DNA from: Paramecium tetraurelia
Lineage: Eukaryota
NCBI GenBank assembly: GCA_000165425.1
Contig: CT868649.1
Span: forward strand, 248,001 to 312,000
Reading direction: 5' to 3'
Length of the DNA: 64,000 nucleotides
Shown here: one piece after another, positions 12,816-26,730 of the stretch
Layout: each line of letters begins with the position of its first letter
Position numbering within the stretch: position 1 is the stretch's first letter
The notes under the pieces: generated by a model
What the model saw: only the letters and a program-made list of their open reading frames with translations
What the model was told of the DNA's origin: nothing
Databases searched by the model: none
Made by a program: the position numbers and the translations under genes

Positions 12816-14349
12816 ATGGGTCATCTTTTTAGACATTAAGAAGGAGATGCAGGTAATTATGTACTCGAAGTTGTAGCACCACCTCCTGCAATAGCAAATA
12901 TTCCAGCACCTCAAGCATCAACTATTGATTATGATTGGATTCTAATTTCAGGGTTCATTATAGTGTTGACCTAAGTGGGATTTGCATTTATTGAAGCAGG
13001 ATCAGTGAGATATAAGAATTCCTAATCAATAGTGATAAAAGTGATATTGGGTTTGTTCTTGACAATTTTAATATGGTGGTTGGTAATAAATGTAGTTAAT
13101 AATAATAGTTTGGATATGGATTTTCATTTGGTTATGATTTCTAAACAAACTTTATGGGAGGCACTAAATTAGGAGGATATAATTGGGAAGCAACTCAATT
13201 CGGAAATGATTATACAAATTTTGGTATTTCTGTTAATATTCAAATTTTGTTTAGTATTCAGAGCATCCGGTGCAGCAATAGCCGTGTCAGTGTTATCTGG
13301 AGCAGCAGCAGAAAGAATGACATTCTTGGCATGGTCAATTTTAGCTATAGTATACGCAGGATTCATTTATGCTGGATTAGCACATTGGACATTGGCATAA
13401 GGATGGTATAGATTCAATGAGAATATAAATAGGTTGACAACTTTGGGATACAAGGATTTCTCAGGAGCTGGTGTAGTATTTTTCGCAGCAGGTGTTGCTG
13501 GATTAGTTGTGACAGTATTGTTGAAGCCAAGAAGATTCAGATTTGATCCAAACACAACCTTGTAATTCTAAAGACATTCTCCAATTTATATTGCTTTCGG
13601 TTCAATTTTGGTCTTTGCAGGATGGTTATTCTACAATGGAGGTATTGTGGCCCAAGGAGCTAATTCCAAATACACCTTAAGGATTAGTAGCAGTCAATAC
13701 TTTGGTTGCTGGAGCCACTGGTGGATTCTTTGCCTTCATCATCAGATATTTCTAATACGAAACCACAAGTTTGGTTGCCTTGTCTAGAGGTATTATCAGC
13801 GCTTTGGTGGCTGTAAGTGCTGCTACTGATGACATGAAACCATGGACTGCATTCATTTATGGTCTATTGGCTGCTGTCTTCTACAGTGTTTTGGCTAAAG
13901 TCATTCCAAAGGTACATATTGATGATCCCGTTGAAGTTGTACCTGTGTTTTTGGTATAATATTCTATTAAGTCATTTAGGGTAATGGATTTTTGGGAATC
14001 TTCTTGTCAGCCTTCTTTGACACTAAGGCCGGTATTATCTACGGATTCGGAGCTAAATTATTAGGAATGCAATTGTTGGGATTATTGATCATATTTGTAT
14101 GGGTTGCCTTCTTCGTTTTAATTACATTGCTGATTTTAAAGGGATTCGGAGTTCTTAGAATTGATTCAGAAACTGAGAGTGTTGGTATTGATAAGGCACA
14201 TTGTAATTAAATGCAACTTATTATTAGGTTTGGGTGAAGCCATTGTTTTTGCTAACTAAGTTGATGAGGCTCCACTTATTTAAAAAACCGAATTGGTTCA
14301 ATTAGGAAACAGCCAAATTGGATCAGGATTTAGACCTGGTTTCAGATGA
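12816..14349 (+). CDS. Ammonium transporter (Amt/Mep) family, non-canonical pore; apparent frameshift near 13677
   Basis: QVGFAFIEAGSVRYKN, GYGFSFG, SGAAAER, DFSGAGVV, GWLFYNGG, IDDPVEVVPV, LGMQLLG, LRIDSETESVGID. Confidence 0.9.
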
Positions 14350-14458
14350 TATTAAAATCATTCATATATATGAGCAGTTTTTATCAAAAACCTTTAATTT
14401 CTTTTTTGATACCATATAAAGTATATTTATATCCTAAAACACCAACTCCATAAATAAT

Positions 14459-16108
14459 ATGAATAATTAAAGAATTTGGAACAAGGTAGACTAAAACTAT
14501 TCAAATTGTACTCATGGTTTACGTTTAAAGCTCTTGAAATCAGGTAAGAATTGCCACATTGTCTACATACTCTGCACAGAAAAGCAGATAATGCTATTTA
14601 AAGTAACAAAAACTTTATATAATTAGGATGATGATTTAACAAAACCTTACAAATATTTACCCATAAACTTTGAATATAGGTTTCAGGTTGTAAGAACTCC
14701 TCCGGTGTTAATAAACCCGTCTCTTTCTGAAAACAAGGGGGAAAATGTTATATCCCTGGGAGAAATACTTGCTATACGATTTATCCGGGATAACGTAGAG
14801 AAGTGGAGTGAATTCAGGGGGTCAGTGAGTGATTTGGAGTATTTGAGACAGTTTTTGGGAAAGAAGATGAACTAAACTGGATTTCATTAGTATTTTAAGG
14901 TGTACAAAAAAATAGGGAAAGGGAGCTTTGCTTCGGTGTATTTGGCACAGCGGATAGAGGATGGAACAAAGATGGCTGTGAAGGCGTTCTGTAAGAATGC
15001 AGTTTATAAGGAGGAGAATGGAAAGGTAAGTATGAAAATAAACAAGTTAGGAAGGGTTAATTAATGAAATTCAAATAATGAGAATTCTGGATCATCCTAA
15101 CTTAATGAAACTGTATGAAGTTTACGAAACACAAAATTCTATCTACATGTGTTTGGAGTTATTAGAAGGAGATCAATTATACGGCTTGTTCAAGATGAAG
15201 AGATCCTTTAGTGCTCAGCAAATACACTCAATAATGAAAGGATTGTTGGAAGGCTTGAATTACATTCACAGTATGGGAATAATGCACAGAGATCTTAAGC
15301 TCGAAAATATCTTATTCAAAGAGCCAGAGTATGTTAATCATATAAAGTTTAGTAATTACGATTCCGTGGTGATAGCTGATTTCGGATTGGCAACCAGGGT
15401 CGATTAGAAGCCATTTCTGTACACCAAATGTGGAACTCCTGGATTTGTTGCTCCGGAAGTTATCAATTTGAAGGATGAGTAATTATGTTATGGCTCGGTT
15501 TGCGACATGTATTCGTTAGGAGTGATCCTATATATCTTGATTACAGGACAACCGGTGTTCAAGGGCAAGAGTTATAATACCATAGTGAGGAGGAATCGAG
15601 AAGCCATTGTAGATTTTCAAACTGAAAAACTTAATTAAGTATCGGATAATTAGAGAAGCTTATTGATTAAGATGCTCCAGGCAGACCCAGATTTAAGGAT
15701 CACTTCCAAACAGGCTTTGATGCATGAATACTTCTGCGCCTATTACGAAGAGGAATTTGCTCAGATGTACACTGATGATGACCCACACTTGGGGGAGATG
15801 CTCGTTAAATTGAATGCCGAGTATATTCGATTGGATATGGAAAGGCTGAAGAGATCCAATGATGAGAATGACATTTGCAAGACTGAGGATCTGAAGGTTG
15901 ACTAGAGTTAGGAAAAGAACGATTTCCTCAAAATCATCATGAGAACTCCAGTCATTACTGGAAGAACCAGATCTATTGAGAGTACTTTCCTTATCCATAT
16001 TTAGATTCTCCCTTTAATGGGTTTTAATCGCCCAACCAAGATACTCATATCCCTCACATCTAATAAATTTAAGCCAATTGGATCAAACCCTTGGCTTTAT
16101 AACATTGA
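14459..16108 (+). CDS. CAMK-group Ser/Thr kinase with N-terminal PH-like extension
   Basis: IGKGSFASVY, AVKAF, HRDLKLENIL, IADFGLA, CGTPGFVAPE. Confidence 0.92.
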
Positions 16109-16188
16109 GAAAAGGTCATTTATAATTGAATTTAGATTGTACTAATATTCATTATATAAATATATTAATTATTATCTCTCAACAGGTC

Positions 16189-16931
16189 ATGCAGAACATC
16201 CTATCTTAATAATAACAATTTTTTGATTTGTTAGACAAATAAGTGGATGCCTATAAGACATTGCTTGATCAGTTGAGCCAGAGCTAAGACAAATTCAATC
16301 ATCTCCTTTAGGACTATTTGCAAAGATTTCAAACCATCAATAACAAACTAGTCCAAGGCCGTCAAGATTTTTCGTGCTCATAAATTCAAATTAAAAGAAA
16401 TGATGAATTGTACACGCATTCTTAATTACATATATAATTCAATTTAAGATCTGTAATTCTTATGTTTTAATGTTTTAGTTACTGGAGAAGCAATATAAAT
16501 ACAAACTTACCTTAGCAGACGCCCTCGAAACTCCCCTTTATCGAGATCGCATTTTCTAATTAAGAGTCGAACTCAAAAACAAGAGTGGAGATCTTGTTAA
16601 AAACCCCAATAAAATCGAACTTGTTGTTGCTATCTACTCACAAGAACAGTATCCCAAGGAAATCAAAGTTAATAATAAAGGAGAATAGATATTGAAAGGT
16701 CATCTTTGTGTGCCTCTCATCAAAGGAACCGCCTTCTTTACAAGAGTTCAAATTAGGGAAGTATCTTCCCATTATTAAAATGGCTCCATCATCTTAGCTA
16801 TCCTCCCCTAATTCAAGTCTAATGATGAACCCATCAATAGTAGGGATGTTCAACCACTCATCGTCGAGAATATTAAAGTTAAAGCAAAGAAATTTTCAGA
16901 ACGCCACATTCCTGTGTATGTAAATTAATGA
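16189..16931 (+). CDS. Hypothetical protein with coiled-coil N-terminus and beta-rich C-terminal domain (possible Ig/p53-like fold)
   Basis: One 26-nt intron; LETPLYRDRIFQLRVEL...ILKGHLCVPLIKGTAFFTRVQIREVSSHYQNG...VQPLIVENIKVKAKK. Confidence 0.65.
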
Positions 16932-16941
16932 TTAATTATAA

Positions 16942-19350
16942 TGTTTTGGAATCATAATTTCTATAGTTATTGCTGTCATTCTATCTTTCATCATCTTTAT
17001 TATCCAGAGTTTGCCAAACTATCATGGAAAGTGGACATCCAAACATATTAAAAATGATGTGAAGTAAAAAATAGTAGTGGACTCAATCTAGGATATTTAG
17101 AGATAAACTATATTGCATTCCCCACATTCATGCAAAATTCTTAAAAGAAGGATATTACTAATTAGGATTTGTACATGCTTAGGATAGATTTTGGTAATTA
17201 CATTTAAGAAGGTAATCTGCGAATTTCAATATTCAGAATGACATCATAAGGTAGAATGAGTGAGATCTTTTGATAAAAAGCTTTCTATTGGGACAAATAT
17301 ATTAGGAATCTAGGATATCTTGAATCATGTAAGAGAATAGTTCAAAAACTCAGTGAAGAAGCAAGAATCCATTTGTAATCATATGCTGATGGAATAAATG
17401 ATGGAGTGAAATCATTATCTATTCTACCTATTGAATTTAAAATATTAGGAGTTTGATTTTAGGATTGGTAAATATATGACACCGTTGCATTCATTAAGTT
17501 ACTGTCCTTAATGAATATAAATCATGTGTTAATGAATTTATGAGAACTAAATTTGAAGAAATATATGGAAGAGAACTTGTAAATATACTTGGCTCAGTTG
17601 GACCAAGTAACTAATTTGATTCACTTGTTACAGAAATCTAAGAAAAAGAATGGATTTAATTTATACAAACCCATAATGTGTCATAATAGCAATTTTAGAA
17701 TCAATAACAGAATATTATTCCAATTATATATTCCCAACTCTAAAGGCTTCAAATTCTTGGGTCATTAGTGGGAATCGTGCAAAAGTGGGAAGCCTCATTT
17801 TGCAAATGATCTACATGTAGATAATAGTCTACCATCTTAATGGTATTAGGCAGAAATATACTATTAGATGGACAACCAAGAATATAATAATTATATCATA
17901 GGTGGAACACTACCTGGATTACCAATTACTCTGAGTGGAATGAGTGGAAGAAGTAAGTATTTGTATTTGGATTTGAATACTTTGAATTTTGATGGAAGTG
18001 ACGTATATGAAGAGGAGATAACTAAAAATGAGAAAGGAAATATATTCTATAAATTCAATAATTAATGGATTCCTATTCCTTTGTAATAAAACAGTCGAAA
18101 TTATTAAAATAAAAGGGTAAAAAGATTTAATATCATTTTCATACTCATCATGGTCCAAAATGTTTTACAAAATTGAGAACGGTAATTTAAAAAATCATAA
18201 CAGACTTTTTAATTCATTATGATCTATAGTTCATATAGATCATAATGAATCCTTTGATGGGTTAATTAAATTTGCTTAAGAAAAGGATTTAAAGTAAAGC
18301 ATGGAACTATTGAAACATATCTGTTATCCTAGCAATGGAATGGTATTCATTATTCATGACAATCATATTGGTTATCTAGCAACAGGAAGATTAGTAATAA
18401 AAGAAGGACATCTAGATGATAATGCATATGTTAAGAAAAACAATAAAGAATGGATTAGATATGTGCCATATAAAGAAATCCCTATGATTATTGATCCTGA
18501 GAAAGAATACATTGTGGTTGCAAATAATAAATTTATTCCTGATTATGAACTAAGTTGGAATTCACAACCAACAAGTAGAGCAAGAAGATTAAATGATTTA
18601 ATTAATCAAAATCGCTATAGGAGAGAAGTTTACTATTACAAATCATATAAAACTTTAATCAGACACTTGATAGTTAATACGAAAAATAAATTAATGGAGT
18701 TGCTTTATAAATATGATTAAAAACATGATTTATCAAATGAAATTTCAATATTAGAAAATTGGACATATATGGGAATAAGATTCCTAAGGTGCCTTATTAT
18801 ATGGATTATTTGAATATTTTTATTCACACGAATTTCATCCTTAATTAGAGTTAGCTGTAATCAATGAATGGATTAATTCTTAAATTTTTGATTCATTCCA
18901 TTTTAATAATCTGATTGATGTGTACCATGCAAACCCTAGTGACCAAATTTTGAATTAGCCATTATTGCAGTGGTTCAGCTCAAGATAAATGTGCTAAAAA
19001 CTTGGTTGAGGCTTTAACATAAGCCATGTAATATGTACAGAAAAAATTTGGAAATCAGCCTACTGATTGGAAATGGGGATCATTACATAATTAATTGTTC
19101 CCTCAAGCACTTTCAGATACACCTTACGGATTTATTTTTGAAAGAAAGATACCTTATCACACAAACAGAAGATCTGTGGCAGTGTCATAATATGAATTAG
19201 ATGGATCTTTTAATGGTAAAACAGGATTAAATTATAAATAAATTATATCTATGGATTCTGAGGAATCACTTTATTTGTAATTGATACAGGAATAAAAGGC
19301 AATCCCTTTATTAAATTTTACACTAATCAAATGAATATTTGGAAATAAAA
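16942..19350 (+). pseudogene. Penicillin amidase/acylase (Ntn-hydrolase) family gene, disrupted
   Basis: IPHIHA, LGFVHAQDRFWQ, GRMSEIF-TGA (Gly expected), YADGIN, GV-TGA, ASNSWVISG then a frameshift before SGKP..ANDLH, HIGYLATG, YIVVANNK, WKWGSLH; ends approximate. Confidence 0.8.
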
Positions 19351-19464
19351 AAAGTATGTCAATAGAACAGATTACAAATTATTATTTATTATATATCCAA
19401 ATTGAGTTAAATCGAGAAATATATATATATAGTTTGATGTAAATAATAATATATGAATATTACT

Positions 19465-21317
19465 TCACTCTTTTTTCTCTCCTTATTATGCTACTTATCT
19501 CTCAGCCTTTTTCTCAGCCTTCTTCTTTTCAGCTTCTAATTTCTTTTATTATTTTTTGCTTTCTGGATTTGGTTGTTCTTATTACTTTTATTATTTTGGT
19601 TATTCTTATTATTATTATTGCTATTATTCTTTCTTTTATTCATCTACAGTTCCAGTTTGAACTGATTTCAAATCTAATTTGGTTTAAATACTGGCTGCTT
19701 TAGTTTTACCATCTGGAATATAAATCAATTCATATTTATCTCCAACAATTTTATCTATTCTGAAAAAGCCTCTTCTCTCAAATTACAATACGGATCCTAC
19801 ATAATATTTTATATTTTACCAACTTAGAGTGTCTTAATTCCAGCATCGGCCAATGCTTCAGTAACGTATTTACTATTTGAATTGTAATAGTCATCAAATT
19901 CGTGATGTTCTTCAATAGTTTTAACTTTAATGAGATGATCATATTCAACCAAATCTACATTGACAATAGGAGTATCCTTAGCAAGCCAAGTATATTTATT
20001 GGTTGTTTTGAAATCCTTATCATCTGGCAAGTTCTCACCAGTCAATAAGATTTAACCATCAACCTCCTTTTTGTCTGTTATTTTAACATTTCCCCACTTC
20101 ATTAAAGTGATTTTCTCATCTGGCACATGATCTCTTAAGCATCCTAAGCTTCTAAGTATAATTGGCTACTTCTGAATAAAGGTCTTGTGCCTAATTCAAT
20201 CGTTTTTAGGATGTTAAGGCACAGTGACTACTTCAATACCTTAATCTCCATAATCTGAAATAGTCAAAATAGCAATTCCTTCCTTTCCTACAGCTGTATA
20301 TCTTGGAGCAATGGGATCAATCTTTGTGAAATTGATAGCCCAAAGCTTATCCCAAGTTTGAAGATTGGCATTCTTTGATGGTCCTTATTCCAACATAAAA
20401 TCATGTAAGGCTTCAACTGTGATTCCTCTTCTTATGATACCTCTAAGAGTTGGGAAACGAGGATCCTACCATCCTTCTACAACCTCTTAATCTACAAATT
20501 CTTAAAGTTTTCTCTTGCTCAAACAAGTATTAACGAAGTTCAATCTTGAAAATTCATAAATCTCAACTGGTCTTAATTCCAATGCTTATTATACCCATTG
20601 ATATTATGTAATTCTATCAGAGTATTCATTTGTTCTCATTGCATGAGTAACTCCTTCAACACTATCCAAAATTGGGCATACAAAATCATAAGTTGGGTAC
20701 GCCTCATATTTAGTACCTGTTCTATGATGTGGTGTTTAATTTGTTCTGTAGAGAACTGGATCTCTCATGCATTTATTTAAAGCCTTCATGTCAATTTTAG
20801 CTCTCAAACAGTAATCAAAAGTCTTTCCAGCTAACACTTAATCAAATATCTCTAGATTCTCTTCGACAGATTCATTTCTATTAACACTCTCAATTCCATC
20901 AAATCTTTCCTTCTTCATAGTTTCTTTATCTGTATTGTCACAATAAGCCAATCCTCTCTTAATTAAGAATCTTGCTTTTTCTTCTGCAAGGTCGAAGTAA
21001 TCACTTGAATGTGACAAGTTTGCCCACTCGATTTAAAGAGTTTTCAAGTCTTCTAAGATGGCCTCTTGATATTCAGCCTTCTCTTTCGATGGATTTGTAT
21101 CATCAAAACGCACCAACATTTTGCCTTCATACATTTTGGAATATCTATAATTCAGTACTGATGCTTTAATATGACCAATATGTAAATAACCAGATGGCTC
21201 AGGTGGAAATCTTGTACAAACCTATCCTAAAATTAAGAGATAAAAAAGATAACTACCTTTGATTGCTCCTTTCAATACATCATATTGTGCTTATCCTTAT
21301 TGCTTGCCTTGTTTCAT
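19465..21317 (-). CDS. Cytosolic glutamyl-tRNA synthetase
   Basis: [83 protein letters not shown]. Confidence 0.93.
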
Positions 21318-21393
21318 CTCAAAATTTTTAAAAATAAATTTAAATAAAATTCATAAGTATTTCTTTCATAATTTAAACACATGTATTAATTAA

Positions 21394-21662
21394 TCATCTT
21401 ATTAACAACACATAAGCACCCATAATAAAACATAAGCCTGATACTAGTGGCGATAATCTATCCTAAATATTATGATATTTTTCATATACTCCAATGACAG
21501 CGCTTCTTCTAAAGAATCCCCTAAATCCATGTCTATGTGAATTTATTAAATCAGGTTTCATCTGTCTGATATAAGTTGAAGTGCAAATAACAAGCAATAA
21601 AATCACTATCATTGTTGAGAAGTTGAAAATTCCAAACTAATTATCATGCATTAAATTACCAT
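21394..21662 (-). CDS. TMEM167: Protein Kish (TMEM167/Ksh1) small secretory-pathway membrane protein
   Basis: M[intron]FGIFNFSTMIVILLLVICTSTYIRQMKP...GFRGFFRRSAVIG[intron]DRLSPLVSGLCFIMG. Confidence 0.88.
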
Positions 21663-21819
21663 GCTTTTCTTTGATTCTCTGCTTATTTAATTATAATTTA
21701 TATAATATGATCATAAAATACTGTTGATTAGATTGTCTAATAGTACATGATGTGCAAACGAATAAGTGAGTATAATACAATCTTGAATTAGTTGATACAA
21801 TTATAGATTTATTTCATAA

Positions 21820-23020
21820 TCATTAAAATTCATCTCCTCTTCTTTTGATGTAATGTTTAAGTTCCTTAACATTCTCTAAACACAACGATAGAATCCTTTG
21901 AATAGTTTCCCTTTCTCTCTAGCTATTAAATAATAAAAATTCCAATTACTTTTCTTATAACTTGAATTGATAGACATTGTCTTCCTACTCACATTCAACT
22001 GCCCTGTCTCCTCTTTGCTTTAGTTTATTGTCCTATTTTTAGACAGCTTCGTCTCTATCCATGGTTAATACTTTGATTTAGGCTTCCAACACATTTACAT
22101 CTGAATCTAATTCCTCTATAATTGCATTAACATCCCTTAGATCTTGATTTAAGTTTTTGTATAATCTTTAGAAGTATGCCTCTCTGATATCATCCACTGA
22201 TCTTAATAGACTTCTGGCTATATCAATATAGTTTTCCAGATCATTGCAGGTCTCTACTAATTATCTTACAGTTTCCTCGTGCTTAGAAATTTGCCCTGTT
22301 TTCAACTATTCCATCACTGCAAACAATGAACTATAGCCTTGTAAATGTTTGAAATCGCCTTGGGATAGAGATCAAAGAATACCTGCTTTGAGACTTGCAT
22401 AGCCTAATAAATTAGTAACTTTATCAACATCATCTTCTTGGAGTTGAATAAACGCTGTCTCTCCTTTGTCGTTTTCATACAAAGCAGACTCGAATATCTC
22501 TCTCACTGCAACAACGGCAGATATGGCAGTTTAATGTTCTCTTTGATATACATGTATGTACTTACTCAAGTCTAGAATCGAAGATGCACTTTTGTTTCTC
22601 TCTATTCTATTAGATCTCGTCTATTCTATTAAGTAACATAGTCTTTTCCTTCTTCTTGTTTTGAAGAGTGTTGACCTTTTTGGTTTTGTCGGGTATTTTA
22701 TCATCCAAGGCCTATTACATATCCATGATACGAGCTTTCAATAAGGCTGCATAGTTATCAAAATCTCCGAGATCTTTAGTGCATTTGGATGAGAATGCCT
22801 TATGTTTTTCATCGATATTAAGGAATTCTGTTTCGTAAGACAATGCTTAATCTCTCAAAATTTGGAAGACTCTATCTAATGGCTCTTTGCTTCTCACAGC
22901 AATTTAGACTGTATCCAAGAACGTTTTGCCTAATTAAGTTTGCTCTAATTTAGTAATTTCCTCTTCAAATTTAAGTTCGATATTTACACTCAGACCTAAA
23001 AGTAGAAATAATATTAGCAT
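21820..23020 (-). CDS. Trichocyst matrix protein (TMP/granule lattice)-like secreted precursor
   Basis: Signal peptide MLILFLLLGLS, LEQTQLGKTFLDTVQI, heptad-rich body with sparse Cys, internal AFIQ motif. Confidence 0.7.
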
Positions 23021-23045
23021 GTTAATCGTTTTTATTTATATAATA

Positions 23046-23813
23046 ATGTTAATATTTATTTAATTGATAGCAGGAGTAGTTTCAAATGAAAAAGTAATCA
23101 CATAACAAGTGGCATTACAAATGGCGTCACTAAGTTTAGTGGGAACAGACTCATCACCAGCCTTTTTGGAATTTATAAGTCTTCCTCATTCAACATCTCG
23201 CATAACAATAGATCGAGCTGTGAAATGGACATTCAATGAGGACATAGTATTATCTATATCACCTTTGGAATTCTATACATCTGCAGAGAAGGCCTCCTTT
23301 CATTCATTGAGAATCCAAGGTAACTTTTACTATAAAAACCAACCATAATGGATGCTTTGGTGGTAAGAAAACTATTGGTAATAGCCAGTAGATTGGAGTG
23401 ATAACTCAATATCCACATGTGGAGGTATCAGTATGTTGGGTGGTTATGGTAAATTTGCAGGAGGGGAGGTTCAGAAAACCTTTGTTGAATTGCCTCAACA
23501 CAGTAAAGTTAGGATTGTAGCCAATTATCATTTTATAGATGGGTGGGGAGGAGAAACAGGGTTCTTAAGAGCCAGTATAGGTAGAATGGATGGAATGGAA
23601 TATGTTTGGACTGAGAAATACGATTATTCTAAAGTCAAGAATGGCATTTCTGTGTGTGGCAGTAGATATCCTGAAGGAAAGTTGACTTCAGTAATTGATG
23701 TTTCATTTCCGCATACAAAGGATACTATTAAGTTGGGATTTGGAAGCACCTTAGACAATGATCCACTTGAGAATTCATTCGGAATATCGAATTTGTAGAT
23801 TTACCTGATCTGA
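23046..23813 (+). CDS. Putative secreted protein (intronless, 255 aa)
   Basis: Hydrophobic N-terminus; CGGISMLGGYGKF...LPQHSKVRIVANYHFIDGWGGE...LGFGSTLD...SFGISNLQIY; family not identified. Confidence 0.8.
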
Positions 23814-23852
23814 TCTGATAATTAATTTATTTATTTTGTGACATTTTCACAA

Positions 23853-24566
23853 ATGATAATTAGAAGATGTTCAATTTCTAATTCTACATCTCAAAGATCA
23901 TAGTCTTAAAAGTAATAACTCAGTAAATAGTATTGTAGAATGTCAGAAAATGAATAATGCAGTAGTAATTCTCACTTCTCAACATGCTGTAGCAATACTT
24001 CTTCAGAAAACGACGAGGTCGATGATCCTTTGAATTATGCTTCCTTTAAAGATTTCCAAGTGGTCTTGCCACTCTTGATTAATGGTGTCAGAATACAGAA
24101 GGTGACTTGGGATCTCTTCTCTGCTCCACCAAATTTATATTCTCAATGGAAGGCCCATTGCTATTGGACTGTTGGCTATACATATGAGATAACAATGAAA
24201 AAAATGAAACAAAGCAATAAAATACGATATAGATTAACTGTTAATGCTTGGTGTTCTTTAAATAGCAAATCGTGGGTTAAAAATAAATGGGATCGCTTGT
24301 TGGAACATGAGACTGGACATTATCTCATTGGGTGTTTGTGTGCTTTGGAATTCAAAGCGAGGTAAAGTGGTCAAATCTATTGTAGAGCTGACCAAACTAA
24401 ATTTACTAGGAACTATCGCCTTGAATCTACATAAATCTTCTAAGATACTTTCTAGGAGTATCTCTCCCTGGAAAGAAGGTACGACGAAGAGACCAATCAC
24501 AGTCAAAATATTAGCAGATAAAAGGAGTGGAATGAATTCATCATTAAGGAATTACAAAAATACTGA
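23853..24566 (+). CDS. HExxH-motif protein (DUF922-like putative zinc protease)
   Basis: Intronless 714-nt frame; VTWDLF...KSWVK...LLEHETGHYLIG...YDEETNHS...QKEWNEFI. Confidence 0.7.
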
Positions 24567-24601
24567 TTTTATTATTATTAATAATATATCTACAAATATT
24601 A

Positions 24602-25864
<1,263 letters not shown>

Positions 25865-26650
25865 GTATAATAGTTTTTAATTTAAGTCACTACTTGGTTA
25901 TTATTAATTTGTTTAATCGAAAATGTCTCTTATTATCTTATCTAATATTGTGAAATATTAGTATACAGATATGCATCTTTTTTTAAATTTCTCAAAATAT
26001 AGAATAAATGTTAATTTAATTATATTACTTTCCAATTTATTTTATGAATATAATTTTTCACAATATGATATTTTAAAACCTTCTTTATCTTGGTTATTTA
26101 CTACTCTTCTAAATTATTATTTATGTAATTTTATTTTTATAATAATATGATTAATATATAATCTTTGAAATTTAATTTATTTGATTTGGAGATATCTTAT
26201 TATTTTTCTCTTTTTATTTCTACTAGTAGTTTTCTTAATATCATTTCTTCTACCTCTATTTATAAATGTATCAATAAATATTTTCTAACCACTTATTTTT
26301 TGAAAATTTTATTTTCTATAAATGATCTTAGTTTCCCTACAATATTATTCATCATAAATGAGTTTCAATTGATATCACCCCTCAATCTATTGTTTTAGTA
26401 TCATATTTTAATAACCTTAATTTTTTATAAAAAATTGATTTTTTTAGCTATTCTAAAATATGGTTAAGATTATTAATAAATTCATGCTCTAGTTTTTCTC
26501 TAATTCATTTTTTATTAGATATTAACCTGATTGTATCATAGTTATTTTAAACTATTCCAATATAAATATAATGCTCCTTATTATTATGATTATTCATAAA
26601 TATGTTAAAGAGGTGTATAAATTGTGATCATTAAGTAATACATCATCAGT

Positions 26651-26721
26651 GGCTTGTTAGTATATCGGTAGTACGCTTGCTTTGGGTGCAAGTAGGTCGG
26701 GTTCAATTCCCGAACGAGCCC
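26651..26721 (+). tRNA. tRNA-Pro (anticodon TGG)
   Basis: Acceptor GGCTTGT/ACGAGCC, anticodon arm CTTGC-TTTGGGT-GCAAG, T arm TCGGG-TTCAATT-CCCGA. Confidence 0.95.
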
Positions 26722-26724
26722 AAC

Positions 26725-26730
26725 TTTTTT
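26725..26730 (+). terminator. Pol III oligo-T terminator of tRNA-Pro
   Basis: T6 run starting 4 nt after the discriminator base. Confidence 0.7.

Noticed and set aside
17265..17460. In-frame TGAs in the amidase gene as selenocysteine codons
   Set aside because: They do not fall at Cys-like catalytic positions (one replaces a conserved Gly) and they co-occur with frameshifts, so decay is the simpler explanation
25900..26600. K/E/I-rich minus-strand stretch
   Set aside because: No continuous frame or motif could be established
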